A DNA stretch of 64,000 bases from Azolla caroliniana (Eukaryota > Plantae > Polypodiophyta): NCBI GenBank assembly GCA_043228905.1, contig JBHGNT010000016.1, positions 13,950,001 to 14,014,000 of the forward strand, written 5' to 3'. Under the pieces are notes generated by a model. The model was not told the origin of the DNA. It saw only the letters and a program-made list of their open reading frames with translations, and searched no databases. The position numbers and the translations under genes were made by a program. Shown in pieces: positions 39,209-51,214 of the stretch. The first letter of the stretch is position 1, and every line of letters begins with the position of its first letter.

Positions 39209-41265
39209 TGCATCAACTATGGCAGTCGAATACTCTAATATAACTAGCTCCATCTGACTGAAGACACTCAGAGAAAAACATTCACACATGAGTCGACAAA
39301 TGATTTTTTCATGGCGCAAAATTTGGTTGACTAACCGAACTGTCGAGGAAGAAGTTCTTCCGGACAACCAACCAATGTGAGAGGCCAAAGCAAGTCCAAG
39401 GATACCCAAATGTGCAACTACTGCAAGAATCTTGGACATATCAAAGCCCAATGTTGTGCCCTTAATGCCAAGAACGAGAAAGCTCAAAGGTCAGAGCAAA
39501 AGGGCAACCGACAAGACGAGGTAAACTTTGTCGGCTCAAACGAAATTCTATTTGACAACCCAAACATTTTGGTGATCGAGAATACAGTCGAATCAAAAGT
39601 TATGTATACAACTAAAGAGGCCACTAGCTAGCTTCTCGATTCAGGTGCATCATATCATGTGACCCTTCATGTGACCCCCCCAACTTCCCACTTGTACTAC
39701 AAGCTCGTACCAATTGAGATAAGCCCTTTAACCTTTGCCTAAATTTTCAACCTTTTATATATATCTAGTTTAACTTGTTTCCTCCTATACGCTCCCCACC
39801 TCATGACATTGTGATCCCTAGACATATATCCTTAACATTAACTCTTTGTGCAATCACCGTCATGCGTTTCCTTTGGGTGAAGTCCTTTCACGATAACCCT
39901 TGTGCAATCAGTTTACATATTCAACTTTGTGGGAACCCTTCATACGATAGCTTTTGTAGGACAACTTCATGCAATCAAGTCATGCATTTTATTCATATGA
40001 ATCACTTTGGTAATATGATCTGTTTGCATATTGGCCTTCATGCAATTGCATTTGCATAATCACCCTCATATGATCAATTCAAGTTGACGTAGATACATAG
40101 TTAACAATTCTAGATAATGAGTCTCATCATTTAAATGATGATAATTTCCATATTACAATTAGCATCTACAACTCATGCTCTCTTTAGTTACAAAAGTTAA
40201 GATTACAAGTGATACACGTCCCCTACAAGATCCAATCCTAACTCCCAAACTTTCATATCTAATACCATGTGTGACTTGTGAGGTTCCAGCTAATAGGCAT
40301 CCTCTCCAAAGTAGTGTTTCATACACTATCAATGAATCTTACTATTCCAACGCGTAACAATTTGTTCCTACATGTAAGGGCACTAAATTATGGGTAGTAC
40401 GAGAGATCATACCCTCACAAATCAAACAAAAAGAATACAATGATTGCTCATGAAATGGCAAGCGAGTACTGAATCAAGATGGCCAAGTCATTATCCAATT
40501 GCTTCAAAATCCCAAGTTTTGCCACTTTTTTCGGATGGTGTGATCATTCTTCTAGTGATCGTTTAGTTTATACCATCTTGATTGGACAGCATTAGAGACT
40601 ACTGTCCATTGCTGTATATATAGATGTATACATAGAACTTGATTTTTACATTATGTTTATCTTACAAGGTACGCCTTTAAGAGTCTTATTTATTTACAAT
40701 GCTCCCCGAGAAGCAAGCACTTCACAGTATTGTTTTCACCATAAAATTACAAGAAAAAATTTAAGGACCTAAAGCAGCACCGCATATATATATATATATA
40801 TAAATACATAGTGTGTGACCTTCATATAAGAAGAGGAGCTCAAAGCAGCTAGTTTTCTGAGCTTTTCAGTGATGACGATAGGATGCAGAAATGCTCGGCA
40901 AATTTGTGTTATCCTTCTTCTTTCAAAAGCACGTAAAAAGTGGGCATACCTGAAGATGAATTTACAAGGATTCGACTTCATTCAATATATTTTGAAAGTG
41001 GCATAATTGAAGATGAATTGCAGCACAGTTGTGTTTTGTTCTTCTTTCATGAACATGTGTCAAAAGTGATTTCTTCTTCTTCTTTCAATGCATGCAGAAA
41101 TAAACTAGCATAACTGAGGACGAAATTGCCAGAAATTTTCACTTCATTCTTCTTCTTTAAATACATGTCCAAATCAGCATGAGTGAAACGCTTTCATTCT
41201 TCGTATTTCAAGACAATTGGGAAGTGGCATAAGTGAGATGATAAGTTGCCAAAAAACTTGTGTCT

Positions 41266-44200
41266 TCATTCCTCTTCTTTCAATGCATGTCGAAAGTGAC
41301 ACCGATGTCCGTACCTGCATTCCTCACCTGCTGAAACCATGCGGCATACCTGTGTCTTATACTTGCTATGGCGTGCCACTATACGCAGCTCCTCTAGGCC
41401 ATGAGCAAATCGGCAGTTCTGTCCATATGGACAATTAGAGTTCATCGATTCCCACTTGTTGCATAATTCTGTCTTGTATGTGCCTTGTTCAAAGATTTCG
41501 CAAACCTGTTCATTAATTTTCTTTCCACCACGCCCCTATTCATCACATTCATGTTACCTCCAATATCAGACTAAATGAAGACTTTGCAAGCTTTTCCTTG
41601 TCTCAGTCATACGACATATCGATTGCTTCATAGTCCCGCTATATTCCTTCATACATATAAGCACATACAACTTTTCTAACTTCCTAGTCATGAAAATGAT
41701 TCAAAAAACCGCAACTACATAAACGTAATGAATGTGATATGATGTAGAGGATCAAATAAACAGTGTCTACTAGTCATGATAATAATTAAAGAATCTTGTA
41801 AACCTATGCAATGTGCTATGAAGCACAGGATTAAATAAATCCAGTTATGCTTCACCTTCATGAGGTTTTCTTAGGGAATCAGACATTATAATATGTGGTT
41901 CAGCAATTCAGGCCATCTAGAGATTTACCTCCATCTACAATGGGCCTCTATGGAATGTAGAGACATCTAGAAGCTCTTTCTATAAGTCATGCACTAATAC
42001 TCCTAGCCAAACTCTCCTATGGTACGTTGTTTGATTGAGTTAGATGTCCAGAAATAGTTCAGTTCATATATATTATATAAATGTTTACTAGTAGTCAATC
42101 AGCTTGAACTGGTTTATTACACCTAACTCAATCAAACAACATACTGTAGAAGAACTATATATATAATCCTTCTACAGTATGTTGTAGAATTATGTATATA
42201 CATATATATACACACACACATGCATGATCCTACAAAGTTGCTTGCCTACAACAGAACTACAGCAAACACTCCTGCATCAAATTTGGAAGCACATTGAGTG
42301 GCAATTGATTGTAGGTGATCAACATTTTAAGATGTTTTTAAATTACAGCTTTTGCTTCCAATTAAAAGTATTTCAGAATTACAGACTCACCGTTGCAATT
42401 CCAGAACAAAGGGGGAAAACTGTCTTCACCTTTGGTGAAAGCCCCTTCAAACGGACCGAGATACTTTTTGGAAGTGCACCAGAGGGAGAGCTATGGCGTA
42501 CAATATTAGTAGAAGAACCAGGATCATTGAAGTTACTCAATGAATCCTCTTTTGCAGGTGAATCGAAGGAAGCATTGGCCACAGTTACTGAGTTTAGGCA
42601 CTGGTTTCTATACATCAATTTCCTGATAGGAGTTTGCAATTGTCTATTAAACATACAATCCAATTCCTCTTCATTAGCTGAATCCACTGATACATCATTG
42701 GAGTATTTATCAGGACTCTTGACATATGGTGTCTGTTTCAGATTCTCTAGCAAACATCTGCTAAAATTATGTTCTGAACTGGAAATCAGGGATTGGTATT
42801 TCAAGTCAAGATTCTGTTTTGTATGCTTTTGTTTCGGATAAGAAACAGCAGGAGATGAACACGGACACATGATCTCGTATGTGCATTGAGCATGTACTTC
42901 GCATTTTCCTTCAGTGGTCTTTACTTCATGCACCTGGTCATTGTAATTAAATTTTTGTCTTTTATTATAGAGAAATTAAATGCTTCATTCATGTGCTTCT
43001 CTGTACTTGTCCAACATTTGTAATCAAATCACAACTGCATATGACTACATAATATGCTGTGAATGATTTTTCACTTACATGACTCAATCCAAGGATTTCA
43101 TTTAGACTATGTTGCTTTGTCCTACAACAGAAATTCGTCGAATAGCTGTGCATAGTCTGGCAGCTGAGTTAACAAACTCTGTTACAGACTTGAATAGGTG
43201 CATTTAACCTACCTAATAAAGGGAAATCCCTTTAAGCCATGAAAATGAAGGCTTAGTCATGCAGGAAAATGAAAATCTAAACCTTTGCATAGTAGGAATG
43301 TGGCCAGAACACCAATTAAAGACGGTTTGATATTTGCATCCATAGACATTGTCACAATTGTGATCTTTCACGTACCACCAATGATCAATATTTTTACTCA
43401 TAGAAGCCTAGAAACTCTAAGGCTAGTACAGAAAAATAGATGCCAATATAAATTGCCTTAAATTTGTAACATGATTGGACTCTGGTGATGTCAATACTAA
43501 ATAGTAGACACATATGACACACCAAATCTGCCAGGTCATTCTAATAACAATTTTGAACAGCCTTGCAAGATTGCCCCATTCAATTATGCCTTCGAGATAT
43601 ATTCAATGGTAGTTTATCACAATGAATCTGATCCTGTTTTCAACGCAGTTCAATTGTAAGTACTTAATGATTGTGTACTTACCTTACTACTCTCCTTATT
43701 CCAAGCAGGATTCAATTGCATAGGGTGAGAAAGTGATAAAACCGAATATGGAGGACAAAGAGGTGAATCTGACATGCAATTTGGTGTAAGTCCCTTCATA
43801 TGGATTGAAATTCTTCTGGAAAGTGCACTATTGGGGGATTTGGACAGGCATAACTCATCAGAAGAACCCGGCACAGTGAATAAATCCACTTCATCTGGCA
43901 ATAAGGAAGCATTGACGATGGATCCATAGCTTACGAATTCTCCTTTGTATAAATTTCTGTCAGGGGTTTCAAACACTGTAATGTGTGACTCGTCTTTATT
44001 AGAGTGTTCACGTGCAGCATTGCACTTCTTGTATACACCTTGATCAGGAATCTTGAAATAACTGCTATGTGTCATGGTGTCTCTTGAAGTTGATCTTATG
44101 CATTGTGCTATGCATCCATCTTCAACATTCTCTTCTGAATAAGAAATTAAAGAGTTGAAATAACTCTCCTTTCCATAGCTATTCAGTTTTAGACTGTAAT

Positions 44201-44798
44201 CAGGAGACAGACAGCATGATTCATGGAGATCAGTCTCTGGTTCAGCCACACTTCCATGATTATCGTGAATGCGTTCCTGCACATTGAACGGTAAGTTCGG
44301 TATCTTATTCAGCCCTGCATTCATGTTCTGAAGTTCCTCATTTCTTTGTAGCGTAAAAGGTAGCTCTTTATCGGACTTCTCAGTCTGCTGGACAACTTCC
44401 TTACAGCTTTCCGCAAATCTTTTCCATGAGAGTATTTCTTCATGTCTGGTAACCAGGTCAGCTCCATGAGAGTTCTGTTCACCTTCTGGAACGCAAACTT
44501 CAGAAAGATAAGCATAACCTGCTAAAGAATCAGATACTTTGGCGGGATCTTTGGATACATTATGCAAGAAGCTTCTATAACATGCGTCGCTCATAGATTT
44601 TGGAAACGGCATAAGATCATTTGAAGCGTAGATTTCGTTGGTTGCAAAACGCTTCCATCTTAAATCCGTGGAGTGGTATCCGGTGTTTTTTCCATCATAA
44701 ACGTTGTCACTCGAGGAAAGATTTGCATTAAAACTCTGTGAATCTCTTAGCAATGCGCCATATCTAGGAATATCATTAAAGTCTGGAAGATTGTCCAT
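41266..44798 (-). CDS. Tandem CCCH zinc-finger protein, C3H14/C3H15 (TIS11/TTP-like) family, about 632 aa
   Basis: Phase-0 exons 44798-43683, 42933-42391 and 41505-41266. The last exon (absent from the ORF track) reads [74 protein letters not shown]. The family motif LPKSISVR is in exon 2. The start codon is uncertain; there is a probable 5' UTR exon above the donor at 45243. Confidence 0.82.
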
Positions 44799-45692
44799 CA
44801 GTGTACAGCACGTTACTCAATAACCTCAAATTTCCAAGTGCATTGATCGTTATGCTTCAATGTATATCCAAGATAATCGTAAACGTTTTCACATTCCATG
44901 CATAACGATCCCTTCTGTTTCTGTGTATAGCAAAGAAAACCGTTTAACGATACTTGCAAGAATTTTGATCACCATGCAACGCCATCATTGATGATCTCCA
45001 CATTTCCGAGTAAACCAGTTCCTTTTGCTTTGAGTCAACAAAAGAAAAGACATGGCTACTAGACTAGCAACAAAACTATGAAGACGTGCGTTTCCAAACG
45101 ATGAAGCTTACCATAACAAGAGGAGGAACTGCAGATAAAGTGCGTATATTTTTTCAAACGATGAAGGTTACTGTTGCGATCGAAATCGAAGAGAGATGGA
45201 AAAGCATTAAGACAGAGGGAGAAGAGAGGAATGGGGAGCATACCTGGGGTTGAAGCGAACAGAGATGGATAGACAGTAGAGAGAGAGAGAGAGTGAGAGA
45301 TGAAGGATTACGGTTCTATTGCAGAGTCTCGAATAGGAAAAGCGATCCGTGCAATGGCGATGGGAACTGTGGGGAAGAGAGAGAGAGAGAGGACTGATTA
45401 TGGTGATCACTTATGACGACGATGAGAATTTGGGAGGGAAATGAAATGGTTTTGAAAAATCGTAATGCTGCATGTACATATGTCCCTGCCCTTGAAGGGC
45501 GGTAGGTGGGACTTGTTTTGTGAGCCAACCAATTGTTTTGAAGTGGAACCCATAGGGCCACAGTCGGTGCATAACATGTAAGGATGTCTTTGCATGGCCG
45601 TACAAGGGACACCCAAGTGTTTGGTTCCTAAACCCAAATCTACCTATGTACCCTTGTTGGTTTCCAAAGCTACCAATATATGTATAATGTAA

Positions 45693-46868
45693 TGTAGTGT
45701 CCGCATCCTATCCCAAACAAGCCTTACAAACTCAAGGATGAATGGAGAGCTTAAACTCAAGACTTTTATTTCTAAGTATAGAAAACTTATGATTTTGACA
45801 AGATGCACGGTTTCCTTTATGGGTGGCAGGCCTTCAATGAGGAAGAAGGTAGAGAAGATGGAACCCGGAAAGCTTGGAAGAGGTCATCCATACAGTAGAG
45901 AATGTGGGCAGTTGGGGAGGCGATCCAACACAAGCAAGACTCCATGGAGAAAGGAGGAACCACAAGGCCTTTTGATCAAGCAAGGAGACATCCCAAATCG
46001 AGTGTGGTGGACCCCACTTAGCTCACTTTTGCCCTAAACGAGAAAGGGGTTCCTCCCAAATGGTGGGGGCATAAATCGAAATCGACGACAAAGAAGAAGA
46101 CATGTCGGCTTCCCAAGTTCAAGTCAAGGTGGTTTTGATGAGGGTTTGCTCAACCAAGGTGTGGACGAGCAAAGTGGCAAGGTAGAGGAAATGCCTTGAA
46201 TGGCCATAGAGCAAAGGAATGAGAGATGCTCGAGTAAGGTGAGGTCAACCAATGTGGAGCAATCTTCTCAAAGGGCCTCAAAGCAAGAGACTGAGATCAG
46301 GGTTTGCTCAAACAGTGCAGACGAAGATGGAGGAAAGGCCTCGAAGGGCCTAGGACCAAACAATTGTTGAGTACCAAAAGGCGAAGGGCCAACACATCAA
46401 AGTACTTAACACAATTTTGTGAGCTTGATGGGACTCAAGATCTAGAGGTTTTGGGTGAATGTGGTGTCCCCATTCTGTCTTGAAACTAATCGGGATTCAA
46501 TAGAGAGCCCAATCCTAGTCCCAAAAGGGTGCCACCATGGTTTGTCCCAACCTAGTGTCCCACGGTTAGTCCCAACAGATTACTTGACAACTAGTCCCAA
46601 TGGCCATATTTGTCCTTATATAAGGAAAGGGTGGGGAGGATCATTCCTCATTCTCGTATTCTCTCGTTTTGCACAAAGGGGTGTGTGGTGCTCTCTCTCC
46701 TTCGGATCATTTTGGAGTTGTCCCAACTCGTCCCAATTCATATTTTGCCCAATGTTGGTTCTTTTGTAATATCTTGAGTTGTGAATATAATTGGAGATAA
46801 TTTTCGTCTCATGTTCGGTCTCCTTTTGCATGTTCTTTGTGTAATAAGTCTAATCATGGGATGTAACG
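45693..46868 (+). mobile_element. Solo LTR (about 1.18 kb)
   Basis: TSD TGTAA (45688-45692 / 46869-46873); termini TGTAGTGTCC...GGATGTAACG; TATA cttatataagg at about 46615. Confidence 0.7.
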
Positions 46869-47081
46869 TGTAAAGTTTGCTAGCATTCAATTTTAAATAT
46901 ATACATATCCTCATTGGTTTCCCAAAAAGAAATTCCCATAAAAAATATGCTCCATTGGTATTAAAATTAAAAATGCCATAGGCAGTATACAAATAGTACA
47001 TAATATTTTCCCTCTCCACAAGTCTATATCATCAAAGAAAGGACCAAATATAAGCAATGTCATTTGGCAAGATAGGGCTAA

Positions 47082-47310
47082 TTATAATCCATGAACGCAA
47101 CTCTCAACCTTTGCCAATAACACATTTATACGACAAGCTAGTATACCACACAAAAAGGGGATCGGAAACCATACTATCAATCTCCAACATGTGAAAACAG
47201 TTAATGATACATCGAAATATCCATGTTCTATAAGCTCTATCACCATTGCATTCCATGAGACCACATTTGTAGTTTGAAGCATCTAAAACACATCTTCAAT
47301 TGCCCCTTGT
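47082..47310 (-). pseudogene. PPR (PLS-type) gene fragment
   Basis: NVVSWNAMV...EHG and GILAC...VHG motifs, with an upstream stop and an apparent frameshift. Confidence 0.5.
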
Positions 47311-47859
47311 CAGGGTCTCTCTAAAAACTTCATGTTGTAGACGAAATTAGTTGAACGTGGTTCCACATATACTAAAGCTCTTCACCATAACTATACTCAA
47401 CATCTAAACAACTTCCTGCAGTTCAAGAGAATACATTTCTTGCTAGTAGTCATGCTCAAAATATATACCCTAACTGCCCAGTAGCTATTGCTTTTGGCAA
47501 ATGTTTTGAACGTCAAGATCTTCTTCAACTGCTGCAATTGAAGACACGAAAACAGTCCATGATGCACATGCCGCTTGGGGTAAAACGTGATGGGCTGCCT
47601 TGGATAGCCCCCAACTATCCTCTCCCATATTGAAATGACCATGTCCTTCATCTCCACGAACATTGAAAATGTACTTGTATTGAATCTCCATACCATCAAC
47701 ACTCTGGTTTATCACAACCTTCATGTTCTCACAACTACCATGTGCTGGTTACACCACAATCATCTACCTATAAGACAAAATGATGTATGTCTTCATCACC
47801 TCAAACAAATATGATTTGACATGCACACCATCTTCACTCAACCTTATCACAGAACAAAA

Positions 47860-48520
47860 TTCTGCTTCATTCGGTCTGCATCAACCATCTTGCCGCTTAC
47901 CACCAAGGCCCTGTACAAATAACCACAAAATGAGTCTAGTGTGTTTCTCATCCCCTCATGATCTGCTTCGGCCCCCCTCACCATCATCACTCATAAAAAC
48001 AGACAAATTGCTTCATTCAGTCCGCATCGACCATCTCGCCGATTACTGCCAAGGTCCTTTGCAAATAACAACAAAATAAGTGAAAAATGTTTCCTCATCC
48101 CCTCATGATCTACTTCAACCCCACCACCACCACCACTCATTCTCTCGTCATGACAAATATGCTTCAATCCCCATCATCATCATCCCTCAACCTATGAGAA
48201 CCATAACATCCTATACTAACAACCAAAAATGACTAAAAAAATTCCTCACCTTCTCATAACAATCTGCTTCAACCCCCACACCAACATCACTCATCCTGAT
48301 CACAAAACAGAAAACCAGCTTCCTCATGTCCACGTCCACCATCTCGCTATCTCCGATTATCTCAAGATTTCCGCCGATTACCGCTTAAATCCTGTACTGA
48401 CATCCAAAAAGTCCTCACCTTCTCATAATACTCTTCTTCAGCCCCCACACCATCATCCCTCATCTTGATCACAAAACAAAAAACCAGCTTCCTCATTTCC
48501 ACATCCACCATTTGGATATC
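47860..48520. repeat. Degenerate C/A-rich tandem duplications (about 147 bp x2 and about 170 bp x2)
   Basis: 47863-48009 repeats at 48010-48160; 48240-48350 repeats at 48410-48520. Confidence 0.6.
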
Positions 48521-48594
48521 TCTGATTAACACCAACACCTTGTACATTAAAAGAGTCTTCCTACATGCCACAACCACCTCCTCCATGTTAACTT

Positions 48595-49285
48595 ATGTTG
48601 TTTGCAGTAAGAACGATGTCGGTCGTGGGAACAACCAACAAGGTGGTACGTAGTTCCACCTGACATCAACGCCTGCATCTAACATTATAGAAATAGTTGA
48701 CCAATCTCGGCGAATTCTCCTTCTTTTCGATTAGTTGTGTCTCCAAAACCCTTATAACTTTCATACTCACCTTTAACTGTATGTACCAATAAGTTCCAAA
48801 AAGGCTTTACTTGATCTACAACATGAGTGTTTTCATCATTGTATAACTTGGAACACCTAGCTTTCCAAAGAACCCATAAAGCCAAAGAGGAGACAATCTG
48901 CCAAACATAACTCTAGGAGAAGAACTTGATTCCCTACAAGGAACTTGAAGTAGAATATACTTGAAAACTTCTTACATGTAAAGACAAGGCAGAATGATGA
49001 TAATGATAATTTTTTTTTGTTGATCCAACATTCCCCAGAAGATTGCACCCCACGTGAAAATAGCCAACCTATACTTACAACCTAGACGCCTAAGAATTCG
49101 ACACCAAAAACTTTTTGCAGCAACACATTCCCAAAATACATGATGCAATGTCTCAGCTGCAAACCCACACATAACACATGACTGATTACTCACTGATCCC
49201 CTCAGAAAATCACCTACTGGTAATGCATAATGAATCATCAACCACCGAAAATGCAATATCTTATTCATGCATTTAATTGACCAAT
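48595..49285 (-). mobile_element. LINE ORF2 C-terminus (zf-RVT), continuation of 62285-64000
   Basis: KILHFRWLMIHYALPVG, CVMCGFAAETLHHVFWEC, WNYVPPCWLFP. Confidence 0.85.
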
Positions 49286-49849
49286 TGTCACAGACACACC
49301 AACCCTAGACTATGACAAAGCATAGATGACGAGGCTACGACCGATAAGGTTACGAACGTGGAACTCGATGTGATGGGGATGGAAACTCAGGAAGTTGGGA
49401 GCGAGGAACAATACAAGAGCATAAAGATAAAGATGTAAATCAAGGAGAGAAGATGGGGTGAAACGAGAATACTAGATTGATGTGTCAATGACTGGTGTTG
49501 AATCCCTTGAAAGGGACCAAGCAGGTTACAAGTATTTATACTGTGAGTTGAAGTACATGCATTAGAATATTCGGGAGAATATTCTAGAACCCTCTAGAAC
49601 ATTCTAAAAACTCCTAGAACTTGAAATAAATAATCTACTAATAATCTACTAAGATATACATAACATGACCATATATTTGGACGTGTTAGTTAGAACACAA
49701 CACTTGACTATATATAAGAAGTCAAGGGTTCACATCTTGACATGACTGTTGTCATGTCTTTGACATTATCCTCCCCTTTACGACCTCGCCTTTTCGAAAG
49801 CATGGTGTAGGGGTGAGTTGAAAGAGAAAACCAAAGTATGTTGAGGAGT

Positions 49850-50593
49850 GAGTGACCATGAACAATCCTCATCAGAAATAGGAGCACGGGTGAACGCGAG
49901 TGACCATGTGTGGTCCTCACCGGAGACTGGAACACCAAGGGGGTGAGTGACCATGTACGGTCCGCACCGGATACTGGAACACCAATGTGAGCGTAAGTGA
50001 CCACGTTCGGTACTCACCGGAGATTGGAACACCAATGTGAGCATGAGCGGCCATGTACGGTCCTCACTGGGAACTGGAACACCAACGTGAGCGTGAGCGA
50101 CCATATGCGGTCCTCACCAGGAACTGGAACACCAACGAGCATGAGCGACCATGTGCAGTCCTCACCGGAGACTGGAACACCAACGTGAGCGTGAGCAACC
50201 ATGTACGGTCCTCACCAAGAATTGGAACACCAACGAGCATGAGCGACCATGTGTGGTCAACATGAGTGAGCGACCATGTGTGGTTCTCATTGAAGATAGG
50301 AACACCAATGGACGTGAGCGACCATGTGCGGTCCTCACCGGAGACACGAACACCAACGGGCATGAGAGACCATGTACAGTCCTCACCGGAGACATGAACA
50401 TCAATGGAAATGAGCGACCATTTGCGGTCCTCACCGGAGACCCCAACACCAACGGACGTGAGTGACCATGTGTGGTCCTTACCGGGAGCCAGAACACCAA
50501 TGGGTGTGAGAGACCATGTACGATCATCACCGGAGACGCGAACACCAACGAACGTGAGCGACCATGTGCGGTCCTCACCGGGAACTGGAACAC
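49850..50593. repeat. Tandem array of about 16 units of 48-50 bp
   Basis: Consensus gagcgaccatgtgcggtcctcaccggagactggaacaccaacg(tg)agcrt; one unit is truncated. Confidence 0.92.
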
Positions 50594-51214
50594 TTGACGT
50601 CGATGAAAGGCTAGGCAAAGTAGTGTTGATGACGACATCAAGAGGTGCTGAAGATGATGATGTCGAAGACGAAGCAATGAAGACAATGATGTTGAGGAAG
50701 TGTCTCTAGAAGCAATGATTGTGACTATGGCAATGATGGAAACAAAGAAATAGATGAAGAGGATAAGAAACACAGAGATCGAGATGTTGAGGATAAAAAG
50801 AAACACAATGACAGAGATATAGAGGATGATAGAAAACATAGTGACAGGGACGAAGATGATAAGAAACACATAGATAACACATAGATAGGGATGGTGATGG
50901 TAAGAAACACATAGATAGAGATGAAAATGGCAGGAAACACAAGGAGAAGGATGATAATGACAAAAAACACAGAGATAGGGATGTGGAAGATGATAAGAAG
51001 CACAAAGATAGGGATGATCATGATAAGAAACTAAAAGACAGAGACAATGATGAGAATAAAGTAAGAGATAGTGATGGTTAGGAAGATAGGAAACGAAGGG
51101 ATGTTCATGACGATAACTCTGGAAGCAAGGACGGTGACGATGGTAACTCTAGAAGCAAAGGGCGATTACGAAGACGGGTGATGCTTCTAGTTGGAAGGGA
51201 TTCAAACTGTCACG

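Larger units (their letters stand above)
33732..39670 (+). mobile_element. Degenerate Copia gag-protease, split by the element at 34238-39208
   Basis: FDDTNFNFWK and ALLLMSSL on the left; zinc knuckle CNYCKNLGHIKAQC and LLDSGASYHVT on the right. Confidence 0.75.

Noticed and set aside
39670-40400. Possible additional LTR/TRIM with a PBS-like tggtattaga near 40260
   Set aside because: No matching second LTR or TSD could be identified.
879-44798. UPF2 and a TIS11-like gene as an mRNA-decay gene cluster
   Set aside because: Two genes 30 kb apart with no shared regulatory evidence; adjacency is probably chance without synteny data.
49850-50593. CRISPR-like appearance of the regular array
   Set aside because: Whole units are homologous with no unique spacers, there are no cas genes, and the context is a eukaryotic LTR element.
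50162-51021. Hydrophobic ORFs that could be an env-like membrane protein
   Set aside because: They come from translating the complement of a GA-rich low-complexity array, and several frames are open at once.
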